Counted from the stretch's first letter, positions 13,506 to 27,468 are shown. The stretch: 64,000 nucleotides of DNA from Octopus vulgaris (GCA_951406725.2 OX597829.1:48422001-48486000); one strand, 5' to 3'. Made by a program: numbers and translations. Notes: generated by a model from the letters alone, not told the origin.

Positions 13506-15117
13506 GGGCTTCTTTCAGTTTCTGGTTTCCAAATCCACTCACAAGGCTTTGGTTGGCCCAAGCCTATAGTAGACACTTGCCCAAGATGCCATACAATGGG
13601 ACTGAACCTGGAACCATGTGGTTGGGAAGCAAGCTTCTTACCACACAACCATGACATAGTCATTTTTGTGTTAATCAAATTGCTAAGGTCTAAGTCACTA
13701 GTTCTCAGCCAAGGTCCAAAAGATCCCTTCAGGGTTCATCTAAGATTTTGCTAAAATTTATAATGCAATAACTGGTTGAGAAGCCCTTATCCACAGTTAT
13801 TACTTTCCTTGGTGACTCAGGAATAGCTTGTATGTAATATTTTTGTCCTGAATTCTATAGTTTGATCTTTCCTACCACTAATCACTTTGTTGTGTTCTGT
13901 ATATAATTCATTACATACTTGAAGTTGTATCTTTGAGAAAACTGAAAGATCTTCTAGATCAGCTGTTTTCAAACTGTGGGTCATGAGATACATAAAATGG
14001 GTCATGACAAAGTTTGAAAAATGCTGTTTGAGATCATATTGTTTCCAAATGCACACACTCACACACATACATGCACCATGATTGTGTCTATGTATTTCAT
14101 ACTTTTTTTGTTTGTTTGGTGTGTGTGCTTATGTTTGCTGTGTGAGTGTTATGTGTTTGGTGTGTGTGTGTGTGTGCATTTGTTTTTGTTTTTTTTGTTT
14201 TTTTTTTGTGTGTGTGTGTATGTGTGAATGTTGTTTTGTGAGATACAAGTTTGTTTACATTCGGAATCTTTGATCTTTCATCAAAAATGCTAAAAAAAAA
14301 ACTTTGTCTAAAAGAAAGAAATGTAATTCTTACATCCTTTCATGTTCAAAGAAACCAACTCCATTGATGGTGTAACACTCTAGTAATGTTACTTCTGTGA
14401 TTGCTCTCACTCTACACTAACCTATTTAAGAAATAAACCCATTCTGGTTTATACATGTTCTGCTGCTACTGTTGTCATTGTTATTTAGCTATAGACTAGC
14501 CAAGACCATACAGTCTTTCCTTTTTCTATATTATCTAGTATGTCCTTGCCTTTTTGTTAAAGACTATGTGATTTGAACGAGATTTGGCTGTTATTATTAG
14601 TAAGAGTACAATCATGTAAAACAAGCACCGGCAACCTTTTCCTGAGAACTGGAGCACATCAGACATAATTATCAGGTGCTTTACACTACTGAATGCAGTC
14701 AAGGTAATTTTTTGCTAGGCATACCATTCAAAAAGTTTTGCAGTATATATGTTGCCCATTACTGATGATGAAGAAGCTTGAACCTGTGTACAAACTGACC
14801 ACTTACTCTAGCCTCGGTATTCATTCTCACAGGCTAGGCCATCTTCCATAGATAAATCTGCATTTTGGACTCTCTTTGTGATCAATGTAGGTCAGATCTA
14901 ATTTCAAACCAGTTTTCATTCTTCAGGTGAAAATTTTAGATATTTAAACAAGATTTTGGTGTGAGAGCTGTGTTACTGAACCACTGCTATATTCCCAACC
15001 ACCAACAATGAGTGTATGTGTACATACATGTATAATTATGTGTGTCTGTGTGTCCTTGTTTAACATCCGCCTTCCATGCTAGCACGGGTTGGGTATGTAT
15101 GTATGTGTGTATGTGTA

Positions 15118-15356
15118 CAGAGTGTGATGGGTAAATTGTTGCCATTTTATATTTTTAATTTCATGTATGCACATTGTTTTGATTTTGTCAACTATAGGCG
15201 CAGGAGTGGCTGTGTGGTAAGTAGCTTGCTAACCAACCACATGGTTCTGGGTTCAGTCCCACTGCGTGGCATCTTGGGCATATGTCTTCTGCTATAGCCC
15301 CAGGCCGACCAATGCCTTGTGAGTGGATTTGGTAGACGGAAACTGAAAGAAGCCTG

Positions 15357-15403
<47 letters not shown>

Positions 15404-16500
15404 GTGTTTGCGTGTCTGTGTTTGTCCCCCTAGCATTGCTTGACAACCGATGCTGGTGTGTTTACGTCCCCGTCACTTAGCGGTTCGGCAAAAGAGACCG
15501 ATAGAATAAGTACTGGGCTTACAAAGAATAAGTCCCGGGGTTGATTTGCTCGACTAAAGGCGGTGCTCCAGCATGGCCACAGTCAAATGACTGAAACAAG
15601 TAAAATAGAGTAAATAGTACACAGTATAGTAGGGTCAGTTAGGCACCATCTGTGAGAAAAACAGCACAATTGGTTCTGCCAGAAATTTGTAAACAGCATG
15701 TTGTACTGCTTGGCATTAGCACCGGAAGCTCCAATACGAACATTTTAGAGTGTTTGGGTGTCAATTTGAGAACAGTGCAGTGGATTCAGAAAGAGTTGGA
15801 CGAGTCTAGTGGTGATTACGAAGGTACGTCAGCTCTGAAAACTCACTCTGATCATTCTGATAAGAAAAGAACTCCTGAATTTGTCGGGATTGTTGTCAAT
15901 CATAGCCTTGATTTCACCAAGTCAGTCAGGTCCATTGCCGGGGACATGGGAGTGTCTGGGTTTCTTATCAGGCAGGTAGTGCATGAAGACATTCGGTATT
16001 CTTCATGCAATGTAAGAAAGGGCCAGTTTTTATCCCATGCCATCAAGGACGAGGTAAAAAGCCATGCTACGAAGCTTTTAAACAAACTCGGGCATGCCTT
16101 CCAACCAAACATTCTTTGGTTTTTCTAAGACAAGAAAAATTTCTGCCAAGATCAGATGGTGAACACACAGATCAAGCATTGATTTGCTGTATCCCCAAAA
16201 CATGTACCAACGGTGATAAAAATCAAGCATTCAGTCAACATCATGGTGTTTCAAGTGATCACTAGTGATGGTGACGTTATGCTTCCATTCATCTCCCCAC
16301 ATGACCTCACACTCAACACGCAGGTCTACATCAAGTGCCTGAAGAAGGTAGTGCTGCCCTGGGTCAAGAAGGTGGCTGCTGGAAGACCCTGTGTCTGGCA
16401 ACAGGACTCTGCATCATGCCACACAAGCAGGAGAACCTGTCAAGCAATTTCTGCGGGCACACCACTCCTAACATCTGGCCACCTATCTCTCCAGACTGTA
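15118..16500 (+). mobile_element. Tc1/mariner (maT/DD37D-like) transposon remnant with pseudogenised transposase
   Basis: TA followed by a cagagtgtg end; ORFs 15652-16128 and 16213 onward give WFF*DKKNF, IMVFQVITSDG, VWQQDSASCHTSR and WPPISPDC. A SINE is inserted at 15197-15616. Confidence 0.88.
15197..15616 (+). mobile_element. SINE family 1 copy inserted in the Tc1/mariner element
   Basis: Full-length match to family 1. Confidence 0.88.
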
Positions 16501-16953
16501 AAGCTCTTGTGGGAGTGCTATGTAAATGCATCTACATGGTGTCACATAAAAGCACTCGTGCAGTGCCATGTAGAAGCACCCATGCTGCACCATATAAAAG
16601 CACTGAGCACACACTGTAAAGTGGTTGGTGTTAGGAAGGGCATCGAGCCATAAAAACCATAACAAATCAGATTGGAGTTTGTGCAGCTCCCCAGCTTGTC
16701 AGCTCTGGTCAAACTGTCCAATCGATGACAGCAAAGACAAAGGACATTAAATGATGATGATATCATAATCCTTTCTAGAATAGGCTAATTACATGAAATT
16801 TTGTGAGTGGAGGGCTAAGTTTATTGAACCAACCCAACCCTTCCTCCAGTATGCAACTTGTGCTTATTTTATCAACTCTGAAAGGATGGAAGGCAAAGTT
16901 CACATCCAGGGTTCAAATTTTGCTGAGGTTAAGATGGACAATAAGATGGACAT

Positions 16954-17741
16954 AGGCGGCAAGCTGGCAGAAATGTTAGCACGCTGGGCGAAATGCTTAG
17001 CAGTATTTCATCAGCTGCTATGTTCTAAGTTCAAATTCCGCCGAGGTCGACTTTGCTTTTCATCCTTTCGGGGTCGATAAATTAAGTACCAGTTATGCAC
17101 TGGGGTCGATATAATCGTCTTAATCCGTTTGTCTGTCCTTGTTTGTCTTTATGTTTAGCCCCTTGTGGGTAGTAAAGAAATTGGTATTTTATCTGCCACT
17201 ATGTTCTGAGTTCAAATTCTGCTGAGGTCGACTTTGCCTTTCATCCTTTCGGGGTCGATAAATTAAGTACCAGTTACGCGCTGGAGTCTATGTAATCGTC
17301 TTAATCCCTTTGACTGTCCTTGTATATCCCCTCTGTGTTTAGCCCCCTTGTGGGTAGTAAAGAAATAGGTATTTTGTCTGCTGCTACATTCTAAGTTCAA
17401 ATTCTACCGAGGTCGACTTTGCCTTTTATCCTTTTGGGGTCGATAAATTAAGCACCAGTTATGCACTGGGGGGGTCAATGTAATCGACTTAATCCCTTTG
17501 ACTGTCCTTGTATGTCCCCTCTGTGTTTAGCCCCCTTGTGGGTAGTAAAGAAATAGGTATTTTGTCTGCTGCTACATTCTAAGTTCAAATTCTACCGAGG
17601 TCGACTTTGCCTTTCATCCTTTTGGGGTCGATAAATTAAGAACCAGTTATGCACTGAGGGGGTCAATGTAATCGACTTAAGCCCTTTGTCTGTCCGTGTT
17701 TGTCCCCTCTATGTTTAGCCCCTTGTGGGCAATAAAGAAAT
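16954..17741 (+). mobile_element. SINE family 2 (Nin-domain-like core) tandem tetramer
   Basis: One head (ggcggcaagctggcagaa) plus four units of about 185 bp containing gcctttcatcctttcggggtcgataaa; flanked by taagatggaca direct repeats. Confidence 0.85.
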
Positions 17742-17895
17742 AAGATGGACAATATGCTGCTTAGCATTTTGTCCAGCATGCTAACATTTCTTCTGGTTTT
17801 AATGTGTGTATCATTGTCTGTTAGATTTTTTTTTTAATTCAGGACAATTTTTATGCTTTTTTTTAATTCATTTCTTTTCTCTTTTTTCTTGCAAG

Positions 17896-18441
17896 GTTTT
17901 AACCAATAATCTCGGAAATGAATTAGGATTTTTAAAATCGGAAGAAAAGTTAGACAAATGTAGTTCCACAGAATTAAATTTCGAAGAATATTTGAAACTG
18001 CTAAAATCAGAAGTTTTTACTGACAGTCATTTAAGTTTCACACCAAAAGCAGAATCTATCAAAGAAATATGTTGGATACTTTGCAAGAATAAAGTCTGGG
18101 AATTTCCTGATCAGCCTAAACTGAAATCTTCCGATGCTTTCACACTCTGGAAGCTGTTCAATTTTCTAAGTGAGAGAGATGAAAACGGGCAATACATGTT
18201 ACCTTTGTCGGTGGACAGAGCTGAGATTGAACACTTGTTTGATCGGTTTGGTCATGTTACTGGTCAACAACCAGACCAGAAATCTATGGAAGGTGCATTA
18301 AATAAAGAAAGTGAAAGATTTCTTTTCCCAAAATTACTCAGCCTTTTTCAGAATCAATATCTTAATAGGCTGGTAGATGATGAAATATCGATGGGATTAA
18401 ATGAAATTTATGACGAACTCATTAAGGATGTTATGAAAAAG
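17896..18441 (+). CDS. SWAP70: SWAP70/DEF6-like protein, internal coding exon A (EF-hand-like N-terminal region; VLTNNLG...ELIKDVMKK)
   Basis: Polypyrimidine tract plus AG at 17894-17895 and GTATGT donor at 18442; 546 nt open, phase 0-0. VLTNNL, EICWILC, LWKLFNFLSE, EIEHL and ELIKDVMKK resemble the SWAP70/DEF6 motifs VLSHNL, CWTLC, IWVIFNFLSE and ELILDVLKQ. Confidence 0.9.
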
Positions 18442-18619
18442 GTATGTATGTTTATATATATATATATATTTTTTTTTTAATGCATGTTGTGCTCATGTCA
18501 AAATCGTAGGTTCAATTTCTGTATCGGGTGGCAAATTGTGTCTTGAGCAAAGTACTTTGTGTCACATTAGTCCAGTTTACTCAACTCAAAGAAGAGTTTC
18601 CTATCAAGTGCTAGAACTG

Positions 18620-19585
18620 TCCTCTCTCTCTTTCTTTCTGTCTCTATTTCTTTCTGTCTCTGTCTTTCTCACTTTCTGTCTCTGTCTTTCTCTCTTTCTT
18701 TCTGTCACTGTCTTTCTCTCTCACTTTCTGTCTCTGTCTTTCTCTCTTTCTATCTCTCTCTTTCTCTATTTCTGTCTGTCACTGTCTTTCTTTCTTTCTG
18801 TCTCTGTCTTTCTCTCTCTCTTTCTGTCTCTGTCTTCCTCTCTTTCTATCTCTCTCTTTCTCTATTTCTGTCTGTCACTGTCTTTCTTTCTTTCTGTCTC
18901 TGTCTTTCTCTCTTTCTTTCTGTCTCTGTCTTTCTCACTTTCTGTCACTGTCTTTCTCTCTCTCTTTCTGTCTCTGTCTTTCTCTCTTTCTATCTCTCTC
19001 TTTCTCTATTTCTGTCTGTCACTGTCTTTCTTTCTTTCTGTCTCTGTCTTTCTCTCTTTCTTTCTGTCTCTGTCTTTCTCTCTTTCTTTCTGTCTCTGTC
19101 TTTCTCTCTTTCTTTCTGTCTCTGTCTTTCTCTCTTTCTGTCTGTCTGTCTTTCTTTCTGTCTCTGTCTTTCTCACTTTCTGTCTCTGTCTTTCTCTCTT
19201 TCTTTCTGTCTCTGTCTTTCTCTCTTTCTTTCTGTCACTGTCTTTCTCTCTCTCTTTCTGTCTCTGTCTTTCTCTCTATCTCTGTCTTTCTCACTTTCTG
19301 TCTCTGTCTTTCTCTCTTTCTTTCTGTCACTGTCTTTCTCTCTCACTTTCTGTCTCTGTCTTTCTCTCTTTCTATCTCTCTCTTTCTCTATTTCTGTCTG
19401 TCACTGTCTTTCTTTCTTTCTGTCTCTGTCTTTCTCTCTTTCTTTCTGTCTCTGTCTTTCTCACTTTCTGTCTCTGTCTTTCTCACTTTCTGTCTCTGTC
19501 TTTCTCTCTTTCTTTCTGTCACTGTCTTTCTCTCTCTCTTTCTGTCTCTGTCTTTCTCTTTCTTTCTGTCTCTCTCTCTCTTTCA
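18620..19585. repeat. Compound CT/CTGT polypyrimidine satellite, about 965 bp
   Basis: Directly visible; it creates the spurious 353-aa ORF. Confidence 0.95.
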
Positions 19586-20061
19586 ATAAATAAATAAATA
19601 AATAAATAGAAATATTGTACCATCACAACATCTAAATACTGGAGAAACAGAATTGAATATCTTTTTTTCTTTATTATCATTTTTACCAAACGTATTTTTA
19701 TGTCACGTGAAATGCCGTAACAGCATAAGAATGAGGTTTCAAAATTCTTTTTTTTATTTTATTTATTTTATTTTATTCCATTAAACCCAGCAACTTATAT
19801 CACGCAATTTCACTTTTTGGTTCTTTTTATTCTTCCATTCAATTCATTTTATTTTATTTTTTTTTTATTAGCTACTGTTACTTGCTTTTATTTTTGTTTC
19901 ATCATCTTACACATGTTTAGTGTTTTCACAACCTAGTTTCCAATGATCTATCACCCCTGAGTCATCTAATTTAAATCTGCTGCACCCTCAGATTTTATTT
20001 GTGTGTGTGTGTGTGTGTGTGTGTGTAATTATATATATATTGTCTCTGTTTGTGTGAGTGA

Positions 20062-20455
20062 GGTGCAGGAGTGGCTGTGTGGTAAGTAGCTTGCTAAACA
20101 ACCACATGGTTCCGGGTTCAGTCCCACTGCGTGGCATCTTGGGCAAGTGTCTTCTGCTATAGCCCCGGGCCGACCAATGCCTTGTGAGTGGATTTGGTAG
20201 ACGGAAACTGAAAGAAGCCTGTCGTATATATGTATATATATATATAAGTGTGTCTGTGTTTGTCCCCCTACCATTGCTTGACAGCCGATGCTAGTGTGTT
20301 TACGTCCCCGTTATTTATCGGTTCGGCAAAAGAGACCGATAGAATAAGTACTAGGCTTACAAAAGAATAAGTCCCGGGGTCGATTTGGTCGACTAAAGGC
20401 GGTGCTCCAGCATGGCCGCAGTCAAATGACTGAAACAAGTAAAAGAGTAAAGAGT
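20062..20455 (+). mobile_element. SINE family 1 copy
   Basis: Full-length match. Confidence 0.88.
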
Positions 20456-21601
20456 ATATATATTGTCTCTGTTTCTGTGAGTGAGTGCACATGTGTGTGT
20501 GTGTTAGAATTTTTAGCTGTTCTTTAACCCTAGGTTGATCCATCCCATATGGAGCAGCAAACTCATAAATCTAAGTACTGGTTCGATCTATTCTTTCATT
20601 TCTTTTGAATCCATAATTACATTTTTTTATTTATTTTTTTTTTTTTACTTGTTTCGGTCATTTGACTGCAGCCATGCTGGAGCACCATTTTGAAAGGTTT
20701 TAGTCTAACAGATCAACTCAAGGATTTATTTAAGTCTTATACTTATTCTGTCAGACTCTGTTCCTGAACTGCTAAGTTATGGGGATGTAAACAAACCAAC
20801 ATTGTTTGTCTGTGTTTGTGTTTGTCCCCACCACCATCGCTTGACAACTGATGTTGGTGTGTTTATGTCCCTTAAACTTGGCGGTTCGGCAAAAGAGCCC
20901 AATAGAATAAGTACTAGGCTTACAAAGAATGTCCTGGGGTCAGTTTGCTCAACTGAAGGTGGTGCTCCAGCATGGCCGCAGTCAAATGACTGAAGTGTGT
21001 GAAAGAGTAAGAGCATTGGTGTTGACTTGAAGCTGATGGCCCAGCATGGCAGCAAATACAGTGACTGGAACAATTAAAAAAATATATCATTTGAGGGCAT
21101 ATTTTGTCTGCTACTTCTAGTATGTGTGAGCAGCCATGATAAGGTTTCCCCCATTACTTTCTGGCAAGTTTGTTTGTTGTTTTTTTTTTTTTTTTGTTTA
21201 ACCTTAGGTCAACCCTGGTCAAACAGACTTACTAGTGGGCTGTGATAATTGCAAAAGTAGGTGGACAAATTGCTATGAGTTTGTTACCTTTTTTTGATAC
21301 AAACTTGCTTGTGGCCATCCTGTGTTTTATTATCAAACTTCCTGTTATTATCCCGTATATTTTTGTTCAGAGATGTCTAGTAAATACATATTTGAATGAA
21401 AATATACGTTCACTGTACTCTTGAGGTATCTGTCACTTATTTCTAACCTGAAATACTTCGTTCACGATGTTATTCCCGTTTTCTGTCATTAACGATCAGT
21501 AACTATCATTTCTACCAGTAGCTTCATAATAAATCAGAACTGATCCAAAATAATGTGTGTACTTATTCTTCCTTATATAATTCTTTATTTTTGAATCTGT
21601 A

Positions 21602-21809
21602 TTACTCTTACTCTTTTACTTGTTTCAGTCATTTGACTGTGGCCATGCTGGAGCACCACCTTTAGTCGAGCAAATCGACCCCGGGACTTATTCTTTGTAA
21701 GCCCAGTACTTATTCTATCGGTCTCTTTTGCCGAACCGCTAAGTGACGGGGACGTAAACACACCAGCATCGGTTGTCAAGCAATGCTAGGGGGACAAACA
21801 CAAGCACAC

Positions 21810-21844
<35 letters not shown>

Positions 21845-22012
21845 CATATATACAACAGGCTTCTTTCAGTTTCTGTCTACCAAATCCACTCACAAGGCAT
21901 TGGTCGGCCTGGGGCTATAGAAGATACTTGCCCGAGATGCCACGCAGTGGGACTGAACCCAGAACCATGTGGTTGGTTAGCAAGCTACTTACCACACAGC
22001 CACTTCTGCACC
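21602..22012 (-). mobile_element. SINE family 1 copy, inverted relative to 20062-20455
   Basis: Reverse-complement full-length match. Confidence 0.88.
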
Positions 22013-22444
22013 TATATATATTTTTTTTGCATGGAAACTAAACTAAAAAAAAAAGATTGTATGTTAAGAGGTTAAAGTAATCTGAATTTTAAAACTTCCT
22101 ATCAAAATTTCACATTAATTTATTTTCCAAAAAATCAGCTTGACCTTTTAGTATTTAAACTGACTTTATCTGGCCCAAATATTCTACATACTCCATTTTC
22201 AAGCCAGTCAGATCTAACCTCTCACGCCTACCCTACCATGTTATTCTAAAGATAAGCGATAACTTCATCGAAATCTCAGTTATGAGATTATGCATGATTT
22301 ATTCAGAACAAATGTAAACAAACAAGCATTACATTTTGACTGGATTATCTGAAAGCTAAAGAGTTAATAGTCACAGTTATTTTACTAAATTCTTCATTTC
22401 CAAATAATCCATTATTTTCAAATAATCTCTCTATATCTTGTTAT

Positions 22445-22795
22445 CTTGTTTCAGTCATTGCACTCTGGCCATGCTGGGGCACCACCTTGAAGGGTTTTAG
22501 TTGAACAAATCAATCCCAATATATCTTTTACTTGTTTCTGTTATTGGACTCTGGCCATGCTGGGGCACCACCTTGAAGGGTTTTAGTTGAACAAATCAAT
22601 CCCAGTATATCTTTTATCTTTTACTTGTTTCAGTCATTGGACTGTGGCCATGCTGGGGCACCACCTTGAAGGGTTTTACTTCAACAGATCAATCCCAGTA
22701 TATCTTTTACTTGTTTCTGTCATTGGACTGTGGCCATGCTGGGGCACCACCTTGAAGGGTTTTAGTTGAACAAATCAATCCTAGTATATCTTGTT
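22445..22795 (-). repeat. Tandem array (about 4 units of 86-93 bp) of the SINE family 1 3' tail
   Basis: Repeated ggccatgctggggcaccaccttgaagggttttagttgaacaaatcaatccc; reverse complement of the array at 45003-46266. Confidence 0.9.
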
Positions 22796-24943
22796 TTACA
22801 CATTAGATTGAAAGAATTTAGTCTAACAGATCAACCCCAGGATTTATTTAAGTCTTATACTCGTCCTGTCAGATTCTGTTCCTGAACTGCTAAGTTATGG
22901 GGATGTAAACAAACCAACATTGTTTGTCAAGTAGTGTTGGGTGGATGTACAAGCACACACATGCACACACACACACATACACACTTCTATATATATGGCA
23001 GGCTTCTTCAGTTTCCATCTACCAATATATAACTCACAAGGCAATGGTCAGCATGGGGCTATAGTAGATGACTTGGCTTAGGTGCTGTGGAAACTATTTG
23101 CTTGTTACCACAAAAAGAGATAAATATCTCGGTATCACGATACGATGGAAAGATGGCTGACCAGAAATACTGACTTCAATGCAACAAAGAACATAGCAAT
23201 ATGATATCATCATCATCATCATCGTCTAGCGTTCGCTTTCCATGCTAGCATGGGTTGGACGGTTCAACTGGGGTCTGGGAAGCCAGAAGGCTGCACAAGG
23301 CCCAGTTTGATCTGGCAATGTTTCTACAGCTGGATGCCCTTCCTAATGCCAACCACTCCATGAGTCTTGTGGAAACTATATCACAAAAGGAGATAAATAC
23401 TTCGATATCAAGATATTAGGGTAAATAACTGACTGGAAATACAGAATTCAATTGCAGCAACTGTGTTTGCCATTAAATGACAATTTCTATAAGGAACTTT
23501 TTGACATATTTACAATTAGTGAGTTCTTATTCTTTTTCGTTTTCTTCTCTTCGACTGGTAGTTCTTGTCTAGATATCCAAACCTCAACTGACCTGTAGTT
23601 CCTTCCTTTACATCTCTAACTTGTTAATACATGCCATGCTGCAAACCATGCCGTGACACATGCCACACAACAGGGCTGGACCCAAAACCATGTTACTGTA
23701 AAGCATAGGGTTCAGATTTCTCAGTCTGAGAACCATTGATTTGAGGTATTCCAACTATAACCACCACCATCATCTTCTTTTAGAGCCCATCTTCCATGCT
23801 GATTTGACAGGATCCAGTGGGTCAGACGTCCGCATTATGCTCCAATCACCTGTTTTGGGTAATTAGTTTCTACAGATGGACACCCTCCCTGACATCAACC
23901 AGTTTACAGTGTGTAGCGGCAGCACTAGTAAAGTCACTATGTGGGTTGCAAGACTAAGGTCCCCTAGAAACGTTAGCACTCTGGGCGAAATGCGTAGCTG
24001 CATTTCGTCTGCTGTTACGTTGTGAGTTCACATTCCGCCGAGGTTGACTTTGCCTTTCATCCTTTCGGGGTCGATAAATTAATTACCAGTTACGCACTGA
24101 AGTCTATGTAATTGACTTAATCCCTTTCTGTCCCCTCTATGTTTAGCCCCTTGTGTGCAATAAAGAAATATACCTTAAAGAAGGAAGTAGTTTTTAGGCT
24201 AGCTGAGGGGTTAAATTATGAGAGAACAGGCCTGAACAGAAAAAGGGTTTTTTTCTTTTTCCCCATAAAGAGATTAGAAGAGAGGGTGAGACAGAGTATC
24301 CAGAGTGAAACTGGAAAGTGATAAAGATAAGGGTGATGAGATGTTAGGGTGGTCCTTCAAGTTTAAGAATATTAGTGGGGACAGAACAAGGAATGTGGGT
24401 GGGTAGAGGTTACAAGAATGAGAGATGATCAGAGATGAGAATGGATGAGGATGTGAATATGATGAACAGGAAACAAGTGTTGAGTGGGTTTAATATAATC
24501 AATTATAACTTGACTGTCATGTGGTGCTCAAATTTGTTCTTGTAAGTTAGAAATAAATAGCAAAGATTTGGTAGCTTTGATAACATAACGCAGATGTCCT
24601 TTCAACATGTCGGTTAAATCTAACCTCTTTTGCTACCAGGCAGAAATCAAAGGTTAAAAATGGAGCCAATTTATGGTGGGTTTTGAGCTTTTCTGTCTGT
24701 GTGACTATACAGTTAAACATTCCTCTTTTTGTAACCCATTCATCATCATTATAATGTTGACTTTATCTTGCTTGAATGGGCTGGACAGAGTTTTAAACAG
24801 GTTTTTCTACTGTCAGTTCCGCTTTCTGTTACCAACCTTTATCGGTTTCCATGCAAGGTAATATTTCCCCATGGCCAAACATATTTTTATTTGTATGGAA
24901 ACAAATGACAGTGACATAATTTTGCAACTATCATGTGGCATCA

Positions 24944-25535
24944 AGGCAGCGAGCTGGCAGAAACGTTAGTACGCCGGGCGAAATGCTTATCGGTATTTCG
25001 TCTGCCGCTACATTCTGAGTTCAAATTCCGCTGAGGTCGACTTTGCCTTTCATCCTTTTGGGGTTGATTAAATAAGTACCAGTTACGCACTGGGGTCGTT
25101 GTAATCATATTAATCCATTTGTCTGTCCTTGTTTGTCCTCTCTGTTTAGTCCCTTGTGGCTAGTAAAGAAATAGAAATAGGTATTTTGTCTGCCGTTACG
25201 TTCTGAGTTCAAATTCCTCCAAGGTCAACTTTGCTTTTCATCCTTTCAGGGTCGATTAAATAAGTACCAGTCACGCACTGGGGTTGATGTAATTGACTTA
25301 ATCCGTTTGTCCTCTCTGTGTTTAGCCCTTTGTGGGCAGTAAAGAAATAGGTATTTCGTCTGACGTTACGTTCTGAGTTCAAATTCCTCCGAGGTCAACT
25401 TTGCTTTTCATCCTTTCAGGGTCGATTAAATAAGTACCAGTTATGCACTGGGGTCGATATAATCGACTTAATCCGTTTGTCTATCCTTGTTTGTCCTCTC
25501 TGTGTTTAGCCCCTTGCGGGTAGTAAGGAAATAGG
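24944..25535 (+). mobile_element. SINE family 2 tandem trimer
   Basis: One head plus three units joined at aaataggtattt. Confidence 0.85.
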
Positions 25536-25619
25536 TATCAAGACAAGGAAACCAACATATACACTCACTCCTATATACATACATTTACATCAAAACAGGC
25601 TGGGAAAATTGGTCTATTT

Positions 25620-26800
25620 TTCATGAGAACACAGTTTGGATTATTCCTTCTATATTATTATTATTATTTGCATCATTATTATTACTATTCTTTTTATTAA
25701 TATTTTTAATGTCACAGTTATGTAAGCTAGTAGGACCATTTCTCTTACCGCTATCAGGATTTCTCTTGAGGTTTATATTACTATAAAACTTATTGTCAGT
25801 ACTATTATGTGCTTGGTTAGGCTTTCTATTATTAGATTTATGGATATAATATACTAAATTATGCAATGGTGAATAAAACAACTTCTCTAAATCAAATAAA
25901 TATGACAAAATTTTTAATACACATGGTGAAGTGTTTATCTAATACAGTGAAAAAAAAAAATCAAGTTTAGAGCATATGTGTAGCCTAAATACAGGATTAT
26001 ACCACAATATACTCGTTTTATTGGAATTATATTATTAGGTTGATTATTACGGTCATGATTTAAACACTAATGACAAAGGGAATTCCCATTAGATTCATTA
26101 TCTTATTTTATACTCCTAGTTCTATATGTAGTACATTTATCTTATTTTATACACCTAGTTCTATACATAGTACATATATCTTATTTTATACTCCTAGTTC
26201 TGTATGTAGTACATTTATCTTATTTTATACTCCTAGTTCTATATGTAAGTACATTTATTTATACTCCTAGTTCTATATGTAAGTACATTTATTTATACAC
26301 CTAGTTCTATATGTAAGTACATTTATTTATACTCCTAGTTCTGTATGTAGTACATTTATCTTATACTCCTAGTTCTATATGTAGAACCATTTTCCCTATT
26401 TTCTGAAGACCAGTTAAAGTATTCCTTTTCTGTAGTGCTTATAATACTGCTTCCAGTTTTCTAATATTCCCTATTCTGCTTACTATTGTATGGTTCTGTG
26501 ATGTTATTACAATTATCCACTATGCTATTATTAGACTCGTACTTAAGTCTTTCAATACACCCAGCTTTTGCAAGTGCTATTTAATGAAATTCTGCGTGAA
26601 TTATCTTTTCATTAGCTGATGAACATGATATCCTATATGATATATTATTATTGCATTAAAAATTTAGTATGAATGATTAATTTTATTCCCGTCCGTATCG
26701 AGTTTTTATTGGGTTTATGGTATGGTTCATACAAGTTAGTATTTAAGTTAAGCATTACTTCTAGAATATTATCCACAGAGTAATTACAGAGCCATCTTAG
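25620..26800 (-). mobile_element. Very degenerate Penelope-like retroelement RT/linker remnant
   Basis: Minus-strand peptides YEPYHKPN, RISCSSANEKI, LDKHF and LFYSPLHNLVYYIHKSN resemble the PLE motifs YKPYRKPN, RISxLSSNE, LDKHFP and KLSYSxxxNxxxIIxxHN; many stops. Confidence 0.45.
26100..26385. repeat. Minisatellite with 34-39 bp unit (tcttattttatactcctagttctatatgtagtacattta), about 8 copies
   Basis: Directly visible. Confidence 0.92.
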
Positions 26801-27260
26801 TAGCTTTATAGGTCCTGTTGTATTTATTTACTGACGGAATCCACAGCATTTGTAGGTCAGAATTGGGTTCCTGGGCAACTGCCCACTGTACCCATCCCTT
26901 AAGACAGCCTCGGGTAATTATTTCCTAGTATCAAGTCTTAAGTTTTTTTTTTAAATTTAAATAATTTTTTTCCCTACCTTTCTCTTTCAACTTTGCTACA
27001 GTTATCTAATATGAAGTGTCATCCCTATATAGACTCTCCCTCCCACCTTAACTCTGGAAACCAGAAATCCATCTGGAAAAGAATATTCTGACTAGTTCAT
27101 GACCTGTGCCAAGTCACAGGATCCCATTGTTATATCAAAATTATCTATTATTTATTGAAAAAAGGAATTGGAAAATAGACATAACAATAACCTCTAATGT
27201 ATCTGGCCATAAAGAAAGTTGAATTTTGTGTCCACCACCACCATTTGACAACAGGTGTTG

Positions 27261-27468
27261 GTGTGTTTACCTCCCTGTAACTTAGTGGATCAATTGAATA
27301 AGTAACAAACCTATTCTAAAATTCAACTTTCCTTATGGCCAGATACATCATCATCGTTTAGCGTCTGCTTTCCGATGATGATGTATCTGGCCATAAGGAA
27401 AGTTGAATTTTAGAATAGGTTTGTTACTTATTCAATTGATCCACTAAGTTACAGGGCGGTAAACACAC
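27261..27468. repeat. Near-perfect inverted repeat, 96-bp arms and 16-nt loop
   Basis: 27261-27356 is the reverse complement of 27373-27468 with one mismatch. Confidence 0.93.

Noticed and set aside
18536-19597. 353-aa Leu/Ser/Phe-rich ORF resembling a membrane protein
   Set aside because: Translation of a CT-rich satellite.
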